DNA of 62,943 bases, filler included, from Porpidia crustulata (taxonomy: Eukaryota): assembly GCA_964255105.1 (NCBI GenBank). It is 9 parts of 9 records of this genome, joined end to end, with 100 filler letters (N's around TTAATTAATTAA, not from the genome) between each part and the next. Parts side by side here need not be neighbours in the genome. Positions count along the whole stretch, not along the records: positions 7,023 to 13,940 come from CAXUWE010001428.1; positions 14,041 to 20,954 come from CAXUWE010001429.1; positions 21,055 to 27,961 come from CAXUWE010001430.1; 6 more parts are not named here. The stretch is one strand, 5' to 3'. This document shows, piece after piece, positions 10,679-21,641 of the stretch. The first letter of the stretch is position 1, and every line of letters starts with the position of its first letter. Below the pieces are notes generated by a model. That model ran no database searches. It saw only the letters and a list, made by a program, of their open reading frames with translations, and was not told the origin of the DNA. The translations under genes and the position numbers were made by a program.

Positions 10679-13178
10679 ATGGAGACGCCCCGCGTTGTAT
10701 TACTCGTCTTCATCTTGATATTTCTGTTTATGTCACCAGAGACAAGATCGCCATTAATTTCGCAGCAGAATGAGCTCTACCAGCTCATTGGCGAAGAGCG
10801 ATATGCGGTAGATTTACTAAACAAGTCGCGTTATGGCGATTTCAACCCTGAGAAATCTCACTGGATCAATGTGACTGGTTTTCGCGAAGAAGATGGCTAC
10901 GCTTGGGAATTATTACCACAGGTGCAGGCAAGAGCACGGGATATGGCGCGACCAGCGTTTGATATATTACACACCCCGCAGAATGCTTCGTCCACGAATT
11001 TTGAGACTGCCAGTCCGGCAAAGTACGAGAACGTCACCGGGATTATTCGAGGGCCGTGGATACGGTCGAAAATTGCAAATGGACTCACGCCACCAATGAT
11101 GAACCTTACAGCGCTTGCGCCTCGAGTTTCATATATCACCGAAAAATTCAGTCGAAATATTACGGGTATAGATGGAAAGCTGCGGGTTCGACTTGATGAA
11201 AGGAGGAGTGAGAAGCTCCTATCTAAACAGGGCACAATCAGAGAAATAAGTGTAACATTGACTATCATCGATGATAAATCGAGTGGCGGTGGTTATGAGA
11301 TGACTCTTCATGGCGTACACGATGTTACGGCGGGCACAATACTGCTCTCTACGACTAGTCCAAAGTAAGAAGCCGTCCGAAGCTTGCTCAAAGATGTGCT
11401 TACACCCAGCTAGGTTCGCGGGAATCCTCGCACTACCACATCTTGCGCTGTCTAGAATTAATTTTTACATGGCACGAGATCTTCTCAGCAAAACTCTCAC
11501 GAATACTATTAAGCGGCAGGAGTCAGACTTCACGTCGCTGAACCCATGGTCATCCTCGCCTGAAAATCCTTCGGATGTGCTCTTTCCAACTCCTCGATGC
11601 GAATACATTGTATATCTATACCAATATCACACTGATCTGATAAGTCGAGAGCTGGGTTCAATCGAAGAAGAGTTACGTTATCCAACTGGTGCTTCAATAC
11701 CAACGGCCCCGTTGATTAAGATGTCCGCTATTATATTTTCTCCTGATTGTGGCTTTATTCTCGAGTCTAAGGGTCCTCCAGATTACCCGCCTCAATCGGG
11801 TATGCATTTGAATGGTCCAAAAATGGAGTCTTACGTCCGTCTGGGCAGACGTTGCGTTCTCGCATTCGCACTTGTCGTTTGCGCCCAGATTTTCCTGCTT
11901 ATGAGACAGATGAAAGACACATCGACCCCATCAACTCGCAGCCGCGTCAGTTTCTATGCGATTGCTATGATGGCGATGGGTGACGGATTTGCAAGCATGG
12001 GCTTGATGTTAGTCAGCATGCTTACCGATGCGGTCTTGGTACCTCTGATTTCTACAGCATTTTTAGCTCTCCTAAGCGTCAGCTTTTTCGGCATGAAATT
12101 TCTAATGGATATTTGGACCGTCCAAGCTCCAGAAAGACAAGAAAGAGAACGCCGAGAAGTAGCAACCAACTCCTTTGTCCCAGCTCCAGCAACTTCCATT
12201 CCGCCAACGAACCCTATCGTCACGCCCACGGACACAGACATCTTGCCCCTCCCCGTCACAGCCCGAAGGACCCTAGACACTGGTACCATCCCAGTAATCC
12301 TCCCTCCAGACCAAGACATCGCTGCCGCCGAAGCTGCCGACGAAGCACCAACCCTCCAAACAACCATCGGCAGTGCTCGCCAAGAAACAGGTGGCCTGTA
12401 TTTCCGCTTCTATGTCCTGATGCTTAGTGTTGGCTTCTTTTCCCTGCACTCCACAACCTGGCCTACCCCGCTCCGCTCCATATACGCAGGTCTTTTTTCT
12501 TTCGTCTACCTCTCTTTCTGGCTCCCGCAGATTTATCGAAATATCATGAGGAGTTGCCGCAAGGCGCTGCGGTGGGAGTTTGTCGTTGGACAGAGCCTTC
12601 TACGTCTTACTCCATTTGTGTATATCTACACCTTCAAGGACAACGTTCTCTTCATCGGTACAGACACCTACGCACTCTTTGTACTCGTAGTCTGGGTCTG
12701 GCTCCAGATCTGGGCGCTCGCGTCACAGGAGGTGCTCGGCCCACGCTTCTTCGTTCCAGACGGCTGGGCACCGCCCGCGTATGATTACCACCCAATCCTT
12801 CGTGAAGACAACGATGAGGAATCTGGCGCTAGCTTGCCCATTGGCTTTACGCAAGCCACCAGCTCCTCCACGGGTACGGAGTCTAGCGACACTGTCGAAA
12901 GGGGAAAGAAGATTTTTGACTGCGCGATTTGCATGCAGAATCTTGAAATTCTCATTGTGCCATCTTCCTCTGGCAACAATACTAGCGTTTCCGGCACCAG
13001 CAGAGAGGAACAGGTTCCCGAGGCCAACGCATCGCTCACTCCGTCGACATCAATCTTCAGTAGGAGGGCATACATGGTCACACCGTGCAGGCATGTTTTC
13101 CACAGCGCCTGTTTGGAGGGATGGATGCGGTATCGACTGCAATGTCCGATTTGTCGTGAGAATTTACCGCCGCTTTGA
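10679..13178 (+). CDS. TUL1: Golgi transmembrane RING E3 ubiquitin ligase of the Dsc complex (Tul1/Dsc1/DscA)
   Basis: Two exons with intron 11365-11413. Lumenal domain with TTSPKFAGILALPHL, PRCEY and FSPDCGFILES. Multiple TM helices, GPRFFVP...YDYHP, and a C-terminal RING-H2 (CAICMQ...YMVTPCRHVFHSACLEGWMRYRLQCPICR). Confidence 0.93.
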
Positions 13179-14105
13179 GACGTAAGAATGATGAGTCAAG
13201 TTGGGGAGACGGGAAATCCTACAAGGTTCAAACGCAATTGCAATTAACGATATCTTATAACATAGCCGAGATAGGCTTTTGTGTCTCATCAATGCCATAG
13301 TCGCATTTCCACAGCACCTTTCAAAGGTGCCTCAAGTTCCATAGAGCTTCTGGGGCAGGCTGACTATTCACACCAGCCCTAATCCGCTGATTCAGATATG
13401 GAAGGTTGAGGAGAATACCATCGGCATAAATATTTGATGCCATCTCGCCGCTCCAGCGATCCTCACTGCGCGCAAGCCCCGGCATGACGGTGACCAGCGT
13501 CAGTACAAAAATACATGCAGATGTCAAGCCGCACCTCTCCAAAACCATCATGTCAATCGCAAAACCCCCCCCGTCGGATCCATCAATCCCAACGGCAACT
13601 CGGCCAATGGAACCTTGCCCAAAATCAAGGTCTTATAACTAGACCATCGTCCGTCAAGAACCTGACGCCCGAAAACTACAACAACAGCACGATCGCCATG
13701 CGCTGCTTTATGCCGCAGATCAGCCTTTCTCTCTCTCTCACACGCACACACACTCTCTCTCCCTAGATTCACATTGGATGAAAACTAGGGCACAGCCCAG
13801 ACAGTTTCAAGATCCTAAAGGAAGAGAAATTTCGAAACGGTGGTGGGATGTTGGGAGAGACGATGTGCGGGAGATGGGGTAGGGAGATATGAGGAGGTGT
13901 GGCGAGGCGTGAGAGGGCCAGGGATGCGGAAGAGGAGGGGNNNNNNNNNNNNNNNNNNNNNNNNNNNNNNNNNNNNNNNNNNNNTTAATTAATTAANNNN
14001 NNNNNNNNNNNNNNNNNNNNNNNNNNNNNNNNNNNNNNNNGGGTATATATATCCATTATATACACCCCGAACTTAGGATTGTGGATTGCCGTTCCGGGAC
14101 GGAAA

Positions 14106-14245
14106 GGGGAGCACGGACGCTTTAGAGGAAGCAGCGAGGGAGCACGGGGAAGCACTGAGGGAGCACGGGGGAGTATGGGGGAGCACAGAGGGAGCATCGA
14201 GGAAGCAGAGGGGAGCAGCCGGGAGCACTGTAGGGCAGCGCAGGG
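14106..14245 (+). repeat. Degenerate tandem array with about 11-bp period and core GG(G/A)AGCA(C/G)
   Basis: About 11-12 units read directly, e.g. GGGAGCACGG, GGAAGCACTG, GGGAGTATGG, GGGAGCACAG, GGGAGCATCG, GGGAGCAGCC, GGGAGCACTG. Confidence 0.8.
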
Positions 14246-14625
14246 ACGGACAGATGGTTGTCTGAAATGGATTTCCTGTCTCGATTTCAACTGTTCTCTA
14301 TGCCTTTCTGCTGCCTAGACTTCGCCACTTCTCATAGAATTCTAAAGGCAACTTAAGAGATCGTAAGACTCCTAAACAAGTGAAGGCCTGAGCGAAGTTT
14401 TTCATTTCTTTTTACATTATCGAGCCGACGATCCGATTCTTAGCATCACCCTTGAATTAAATAGTTCTTTTTTCAGCAGCTACGGTGAAAGACGAAGTCC
14501 GAATGACTGATTATATATTGTTGATGTTCGCAAATAGAACAGCACCTCAAGCCAAAACACCCCCGCATGGAGGTCCGGTATGATATCAAAATTCGAAAAT
14601 GAACGAAACTCTATAGAAATGAGGA

Positions 14626-15485
14626 TCACTCGGCTCTGAGAATCCGTACAGTCTCCACCTCTGTCCTGTCCCACCACTGAGCACTACAGACCTCTCTTTC
14701 GCCAACGAAAAGCTTACATCAGTACTTGCCTTTTCCAATTCTAAGTTTTTCTTCGCCTGCGTTTACTAAATCTTCAGCTTGGAAGATAAATTTATCCCTC
14801 ATCTCTTCGATCCACAACAGATACCTCACCTTTTCGTTTTTGGCAAAGAAGCCCAGCTTCTCCTTCGGATGCCAGATATTAGCCTCAACCTTCAACGCCA
14901 TTTTCAACCAGCCCAAGATTTCAAATCTTCGTAAAAGTGCTTCGCAAACTTTCAGATCATCACTCGTGTCAACATATACTACACTCAGCATCGCTTCGAT
15001 TATGTCGCTGAATAACTTCTTCGGTGCGAATGCCGCGAACGTTCGCCACGAGTAGTTATGACCGTGAGCGAATGCGATATCGACCGTCGATCTCAAGACT
15101 GCAAAACGAGTACGTGTAGCGTTAAGAGCAGACGCAAGAGCGGGAATAGACGCATGCCTAAGAAACCCAGGCAAAGAAATTGACTTTGTGCTGAGAATAA
15201 GTGAAGGTGCCTCGTTGGGACGGGGTGATGGGATTTCCGCAATTGGAATCGAGAGGATATGTGAGAGAGAACAGAATGCGAGAAATGACGCGGTGACTGC
15301 CGTGGCACGGAGATTGTGCATGCGCCGGGGTTGAAGGGCTTGTTGCGAAGGGTCCCCATAAGAAAATATGATTGTCGTGACAAGGTAGTCCAGGATGGCG
15401 TCGCCAAGATATTCGAGGCGCTGGTACGAAGGAGTGCTGGGAATGGAAAGATGTGAAGGGTGAGTGACAGCCTCGAGCAAAAGGT
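14626..15485 (-). pseudogene. dcl-2: 5'-truncated Dicer-like 2 fragment (RNase IIIb plus C-terminal dsRBD)
   Basis: LLEAVTHPS...SYQRLEYLGDAILDYLV (RNase III signature), FSDIIEA, and the DCL2-type HPKEKLG...VRY. An in-frame TGA at 14719-14721 interrupts the dsRBD (GKY*CKLFVGEREV). No upstream Dicer sequence and no ATG before the signature. Confidence 0.82.
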
Positions 15486-15986
15486 GCTCGCGCTAGAATC
15501 AGAGCGATCTTCCGGCAGATAAGGGAAGTGATCCACCTACAACTACCCGTTCGATAAAGTGATGGGCTGATTTTATTGCCAGATGCCGCAATAAGGGCTT
15601 ACAGTTGTCGGGGGGTAGAGATGTCTTGGCAGGGGGTAGAAATCTGTAAAGGGCAGAAAAACAAGCGCGAAGCGAGGCAAGGGTAAAAGGCTATTAGTCC
15701 AGTATATGCCCGGCATATGCTAAAAAAAGCATAGATTTGCGAAGTCGTAAGATAATCTAAAAAACGAAAATCCCCGGTAAAAGGGTTATTAAAAAAAATA
15801 ATGGCTTTTTAACAAGGTCAAGAAAATTGATATCTGTTCATAACAGAGACAAAATATCTCTTTATCAAAAACGGGTTTAAAATATCAATAACGTTTAAGT
15901 CGCTTAAATTTTATGAATCTGATTATTTCGAACCCCTGCTCTCGCTAAAACCTTGGGAATTAATGGATTATTGATTACAAACGATA

Positions 15987-16112
15987 CTCGTGCAAACCCC
16001 CCACCCCCCAACGGTCCGCCTCACCTAGGGCTAGGGCTATATAATAGGGTTAGGGTTATATCGACTAATTTTGACTAGCGCGGACAGTTGGGGGCGTGGG
16101 GGTTTGTACGAG
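15987..16112. mobile_element. Putative 126-bp MITE of Tc1/mariner-pogo type
   Basis: 33-bp terminal inverted repeats, 28/33 identical: CTCGTGCAAACCCCCCACCCCCCAACGGTCCGC (15987-16019) versus the reverse complement of 16080-16112. TA on both flanks (15985-15986, 16113-16114). No ORF. Confidence 0.72.
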
Positions 16113-16421
16113 TAGGATAAGCTGGGCAGTTCCGCTTTCCCCACATTAGGCTACCTAATGCAGTTCACCATACCATCAGCCAACATGCATAGAGGTACTG
16201 CACAGGTTCCCATGCATGGCCGAAGAGGAATCTTCAAGAATTGCATCACCACCCAAGCCACTTTGCCTGCGAGCCCCGCAAATCATTCAAGGAGCGGTGG
16301 CCTATATGATCTTCTCCTGGCTGTCTGCTAGAATTAGTCGGTCTTGTTTGCCCTTTCCTGCTACATCCTTCCTTTGAATGTCAGTCTGATCAATACGAAG
16401 CAGCAAAGAACCAACACATAG

Positions 16422-18121
16422 CCGTCGAAACCCGACCCTGCATCTACTGCCCAGGTCGACGTGGACGAATTGAATCAGAATGCAGAACTCGCCGCCCAGA
16501 CAGAGCACTCACTTACTTTCCTACGCGCCATCTCGCTGTATCGGGGCGCCATATTCTGGTCTGCATTTTTCTGCATTGGACAACTGATGACGGCTTTTGA
16601 TCCCCAGGTCATGGGGAACCTGTTCGCCATGCCCGCTTTCCAGCGTGATTTTGGGTACTCTTTTGAAGGAGAGTACATTGTTTCTGCACCGTGGCAGACT
16701 GGCTTGATTATGGGCGTCCCCATCGGCCAAGTCGTCGGATCGCTTTATGCGTGGTTGCCTCTGGAATGGTTCGGTCGCAAAAGGACATTTGGGGCTTGCG
16801 TTTTCGCTACGGCGGGTTGCGTGTTCATCCAGTTCTTCGCCCGGTCATTGGCTGTATTGATTGTGGATGAACTCCTTGCTGGTCTTGTCCTTGGCTTCTA
16901 CGCGGTAATCACACCATCAAATGCCTCGGAAGTGTGCCCTGTGGCGCTGCGAGGTATACTCACTGCCAACATCAATCTCTGCATTGTCGTGGGACAATTC
17001 ATTGCCAATGGGATTTGTACTGGTACGCAGGGTCTCGATACCCATTGGGCGTACAGTGCACCCTTCGCCATGCAATGGTTCTGGCCTGCCGTGATAATTG
17101 TGGGGCTACCCTTTGCTCCGGAAAGTACGTGCCTGTACATCCTTTGTTGAGCTATAGGTCCTAACAGCATTTTAGGCCCATGGTGGCTGGTTCGGAAGAA
17201 TAGGTTAGACCAGGCAAAGAGGGCGTTGCATCAGCTTGTAGCACGGAAAGTTGATGTAGAGCCAACCCTGGCGATGGTCATCCAGACAGACCGCCTCGAG
17301 CAAGAGATAGAGGTCGGAAGTACCTACTGGGATATCTTTAGACCGATTAACCTACGTCGGACAGAGATATGCACTAGCGTATACACCATTCAAGTGTTTT
17401 CTGGGATCAACCTAATAGGCTACGGTACCTATTTCTTTCAACGTAAGTTGCATACCATATGCTCGCTTGCGCCGTGATATCTATTAATGGCTTCAAGAGG
17501 CCGGTCTACCAACGGAGAAAGCCTTCGACATGGGTCTCGGCTTCCTAGCTGTAGGTGTCCTTGGCACATGCCTGTCGTGGGCAATACTTGGTCGTTTCGG
17601 CCGACGTACGATTTACAACCGGGGCTTGGTCCAACTCACAGTCCTGCAGTTGCTGGTAGGTATCCTTGACTGTGCGCCACAATACAAACCAGGATCTAGT
17701 GTTGTGTGGTCTCAGGCTTCGCTCATTCTACTGTGGAATTTCGAGTACAACTTGAGCATCGGGCCGGTTGGCTTTGTCATCTTGAGTGAGACATCGGCCA
17801 CTCGGGTCCGTGGCAAGACCATTGCCTTCGCAACGGCAGTGCAGGCCTTTGTTGGGATTGGTATGACTGTAGCGGTCCCTTATATGATCAATCCTGATCA
17901 AGCCAATCTGCAGGGGAAATTGGGCTTCTTTTTCGGTGGTCTGGCGGCTTTGTGCTGCGTTTGGTCTTTCTTAAGAATTCCAGAGACAGTAAGTGCGCTC
18001 CCCGCTTCGGGAGTACGATACTGACAAAGTGATATAGAAAGGCAGAACCTACAAAGAGCTCGATATTATGTTTGAGCGTGGAGTGAAAACTCGGGACTTC
18101 AAGAGCTACGTAGTCACCTAA
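16422..18121 (+). CDS. MFS sugar porter, maltose/alpha-glucoside permease-like, 4 exons; start unresolved, possibly a decaying gene
   Basis: FAMPAFQRDFGY, WFGRKRT, ASEVCPVALRGILT, APES/PWWLVRK, NLRRTEI, RFGRRTIY, SETSATRVRGKT, YMINPDQANLQGK, IPET/KGRTYKELDIMFE. Three GT-AG introns. An in-frame TAG at 16419 precedes the reading frame. Confidence 0.8.
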
Positions 18122-18948
18122 GCAAGCCATGGCTATATCAAGAGACTTGGATACGTTCCCTAATGCAATACACGACAGAGTGTAACGTAGTGCGTATGAT
18201 ATAGGATACCAAAAGACATGTTCCAAAGCCCGAAAATGACCAAGCTCCCCAAGGTAGCTAGTGCAGTGCCAAGCTCATCACGTGAACGCCTTTACTCACC
18301 TAAGGTAGTAGATCTCCCATCTGCACGGATTCTGCAACTTGATCACTACTGTTGTAGATCTCGCCTGATTGATGAGGCGCTTACACGGAGAAGCTCGCAG
18401 ACTACGAACCCTAATCACAATGTGGAGACACGATGCGGAAACACGTCCTTATGAAGAGAGCTCTACATTGCCTCTATGTAAGACGCAAGAAGAAATACGG
18501 CCCAAGTGTCGACGCTTGCATGCCTCTCATCGCCAACCCACTTATCGGTAAAGTCTGTCTTATCAAACCCTCAGACCAAGGACTCGAAGAAAAACAACTG
18601 CAGTAGCTTCATACTCAGCCCTCCCTCGGCGATGCTACGGCTCTGCCATTGTCGCTGTGCTGCCATCTCCTCTGGTTTGCATAGAAATGATGAACCCCTG
18701 CCTTCAGAGGTGACCAAGGGAAGCCGGAGCACTAGCCTCCCAAGAAGCACTTACCAGAAGTTCCGAGGCTCAACCTAGTCACGAATACACCGTAACTGTC
18801 TCAGCTGTACTTACGCTCCATGCGGGAGAAACTGTACTGTTGAGCCCGTCAATCAGAGGTACGGTGCTAATCGTCGTGGTAAAGGTATCGACGAAGAGAA
18901 GCTACCCCCAAGTTGTTGCACTAGCTTTCAGTGCCTAATCTCGGGATC

Positions 18949-20492
18949 ATGGATAGGGGTTTTGGAACAAGACATTTTCTTCACACGGTGAGATCCTCTA
19001 GGGGGTTTACCTACACTGTGGTCAACCTAGCTATTTTTACCGATGCATACCTCTACGGTAACGTCCTATCTCCACTGAACATGCGCGACCGCTGTATTGC
19101 TGACTGACACCCTTGTCACAAGGCCTTGTCATTCCAGTCTTACCATTTGCTCTTGTCGAGGTCGCGCATGTCGATGAATACACCTTGCAACAGTGGACAA
19201 GCATACTCCTCGGAGCGTTTGGTGCTGGTCTTCTGATCGGGGCACCTGTTGCAGGTTATTGCGCCGATCAGAGTTCTTCAAGACGTTGGACATACCTCGC
19301 AGGGCTTCTCGTCTTAACAGCATCAACCATCACCCTCTCCATCGGTCGTACTACGACAGTGCTTGTTATCGGACGCTTCATTCAGAGTCTCGCCTCAGCA
19401 AATGTGAACGCTGTTGGCATGGCGATTCTGACCGATGTAGCTGGCAAGGGCGGTGTTGGACCGGCCATGGGTGTCCCAGGGATGAGTGTCGCCCTTGGAG
19501 GAACCCTGAGTCCCATCTGCGGAGGCTTCCTGTACCATCACTTTGGATATCTGGCCGTGTTTAAATCCGCATACGTCCTTATTACGGCTGACTTCACGTT
19601 GAGGCTTCTCATGAAAGAACCGAAACAAGATGATCGAGAGCCTTCAAATGCCGACCAAAGAGCAAGGATTTGTCTACCTCAAACCGATGATGACAGCCAG
19701 CGACATATTCGATCAACACAACATCCAGGCTATGGGGCATCATCCGAGGCTGAAAGTGGTGTTTCCAAGCTCCTCCAGAGGTCCCATGATGATCTAGAGT
19801 CCCTCCACCAGAACAGGAGTGCTTCATCGCACAGCTCGGAACATGATTGTCTTCGTTCGCAGCGTCATCCTCTCCTCGTTCTACTGTCGAGGCCCCGACT
19901 CGATACCGCGATCCTTGGGGCCTTCATGCAAAGCCTGGTTCTCACAGGACTCGAGGCCGTGTTCCCGTTGCGAATCAAGACTGTCTTTGGATACACTTCG
20001 AAGGGGGTCTCGGTACTGTTCCTGGCACTCGTACTACCGTCCTTTATTGCCCCTGTCATCGGCATCATCAGTGACAGGACAGGCGCTCGAACTGTTGTCT
20101 CGATGGGATTTTTTGGCCTCTTGCCCCTCTTGACATTGCTGGGCGCCATTGATCATCCCGGCACCGGGCAGCTAGAAGCTCTATGGGTGGCACTTCTCTT
20201 CACTAGCATTTGCCTTACTTCTATCCAGACACCAATCTTCTCCGAGGTTGCCTATGTCGTCGACGAATGCCAGCCGGCAGACCCCAGCGGCATCACACGA
20301 AAGCGCCCAGCTGCCCAGGCGTTCGCGCTACTCGGTATGGCATATGCTGGCGGTAGTCTTGTCGGCCCTCTCCTGGCGGGTCCTGTTTCGGAGAAGGTTG
20401 GGTGGCAGATTATGATCACTGGGATTGGCATTGTAAGTTCAGTTTGTGGCATTCCCTGTTTGTTGTTCCTGAAAGGCGGGGCCACTGACTAA
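18949..20492 (+). CDS. MFS transporter (SLC18/vesicular amine transporter-like MFS_1), 2 exons
   Basis: Exon 1 MDRGFG...VRSSRGF...LAIFTDAYLY(G) splices via GTAACG...CTGAC...AAG to GLVIPVLPFAL. Motif A-like GYCADQSSSRR and GIISDRTGAR. About 12 hydrophobic segments. Confidence 0.85.
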
Positions 20493-20892
20493 ATCTGGAA
20501 TCCTTGGTCTACATTTATCTTCGTGCTGTCAAATTCATTCGATTGCCATCATGAAAAGAAAGGCATAAACACAATAGTACTAGACGAGTGCATCATCTTC
20601 AAGCTGTGTCCATGAGTGGGTAATTTCTCCATGTCCAGCTTTCGCACGATATAGCGATCGACTAGTTCAATCGCATTATCGGGGACATGATCAACATCAT
20701 CATATTTTTCAAATCGATGTCACAGACCGTTTCCATCATATTCGCCTTTCCCAATGTTGAGATCGCTCAACAGCGGCTACCCGCAGGAGCAGGAAGCGGA
20801 TCCATTTCCGCCACCACCTAGTTTACCAGATTAAAACTAGTCATAGTTTCATAGGATTTCTCATTTTTTATTTTTCATTTCTCAATTCTTAT

Positions 20893-20954
20893 TTCTCAAT
20901 TCTCAATTCTCAATTCTCAATTCTCAATTCTCAATTCTCAATTCTCAATTCTCA
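20893..20954 (+). repeat. (TTCTCAA)n 7-bp tandem repeat at the contig end
   Basis: About nine consecutive perfect units run into the spacer. Confidence 0.92.
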
Positions 20955-21641
20955 NNNNNNNNNNNNNNNNNNNNNNNNNNNNNNNNNNNNNNNNNNNNTT
21001 AATTAATTAANNNNNNNNNNNNNNNNNNNNNNNNNNNNNNNNNNNNNNNNNNNNGTGGAGAAGGACTGAAAACTTTTTCACGGGCTTCTTACCACGAAAA
21101 CATAACCAAAACCTCTCAATCCACAATCCACAATTAACAATCCATAATCACCAACCCCTCCACCTCGCATAATCCCACCCCACATCACAAAAACCAACGC
21201 AAAACTCACGCCTAGCATCATACCCTCCATTAATATCATATCATAACAATTAATCCATTATCATTAAAATTAAATAATCGTCCTGCTAAAAAAAATTTAA
21301 AAAATGAACATAAAAGGGGCGTTATTCCCGTAATGACGACCGAGCATGCCCCCTTATGTAAGGATGTATGTACACCATTCCCCTCGCGCGCGGAAAAGCT
21401 CTAGGTGCAAGTGGGTGTTAAGGTCTCGAAGCTCCTCGCTGCTTACGACTCGTTTCGTTTCGTTGGTCTTCGGGATCTGTCTTGATATAGATCGTGAAGG
21501 CATCGAAATTCGTGAATCGCTTCTCTCATGATGGAGGGACGAAACGGGGTCTACATGGCCCGGCTGCTGTACAGATAAATCGTGGCGCTTTTCTTTGCGC
21601 CAGCCTAATGGAGGTAATTCAGCGACGTTGCGAGGGCGTTT

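Noticed and set aside
14719..15480. Functional stand-alone RNase III gene
   Set aside because: The frame starts at TTG just after a stop, the first ATG lies downstream of the catalytic signature, and the dsRBD has an internal stop.
16025..16058. True telomere or chromosome end
   Set aside because: Only a few imperfect units, internal to the contig and enclosed by inverted repeats.
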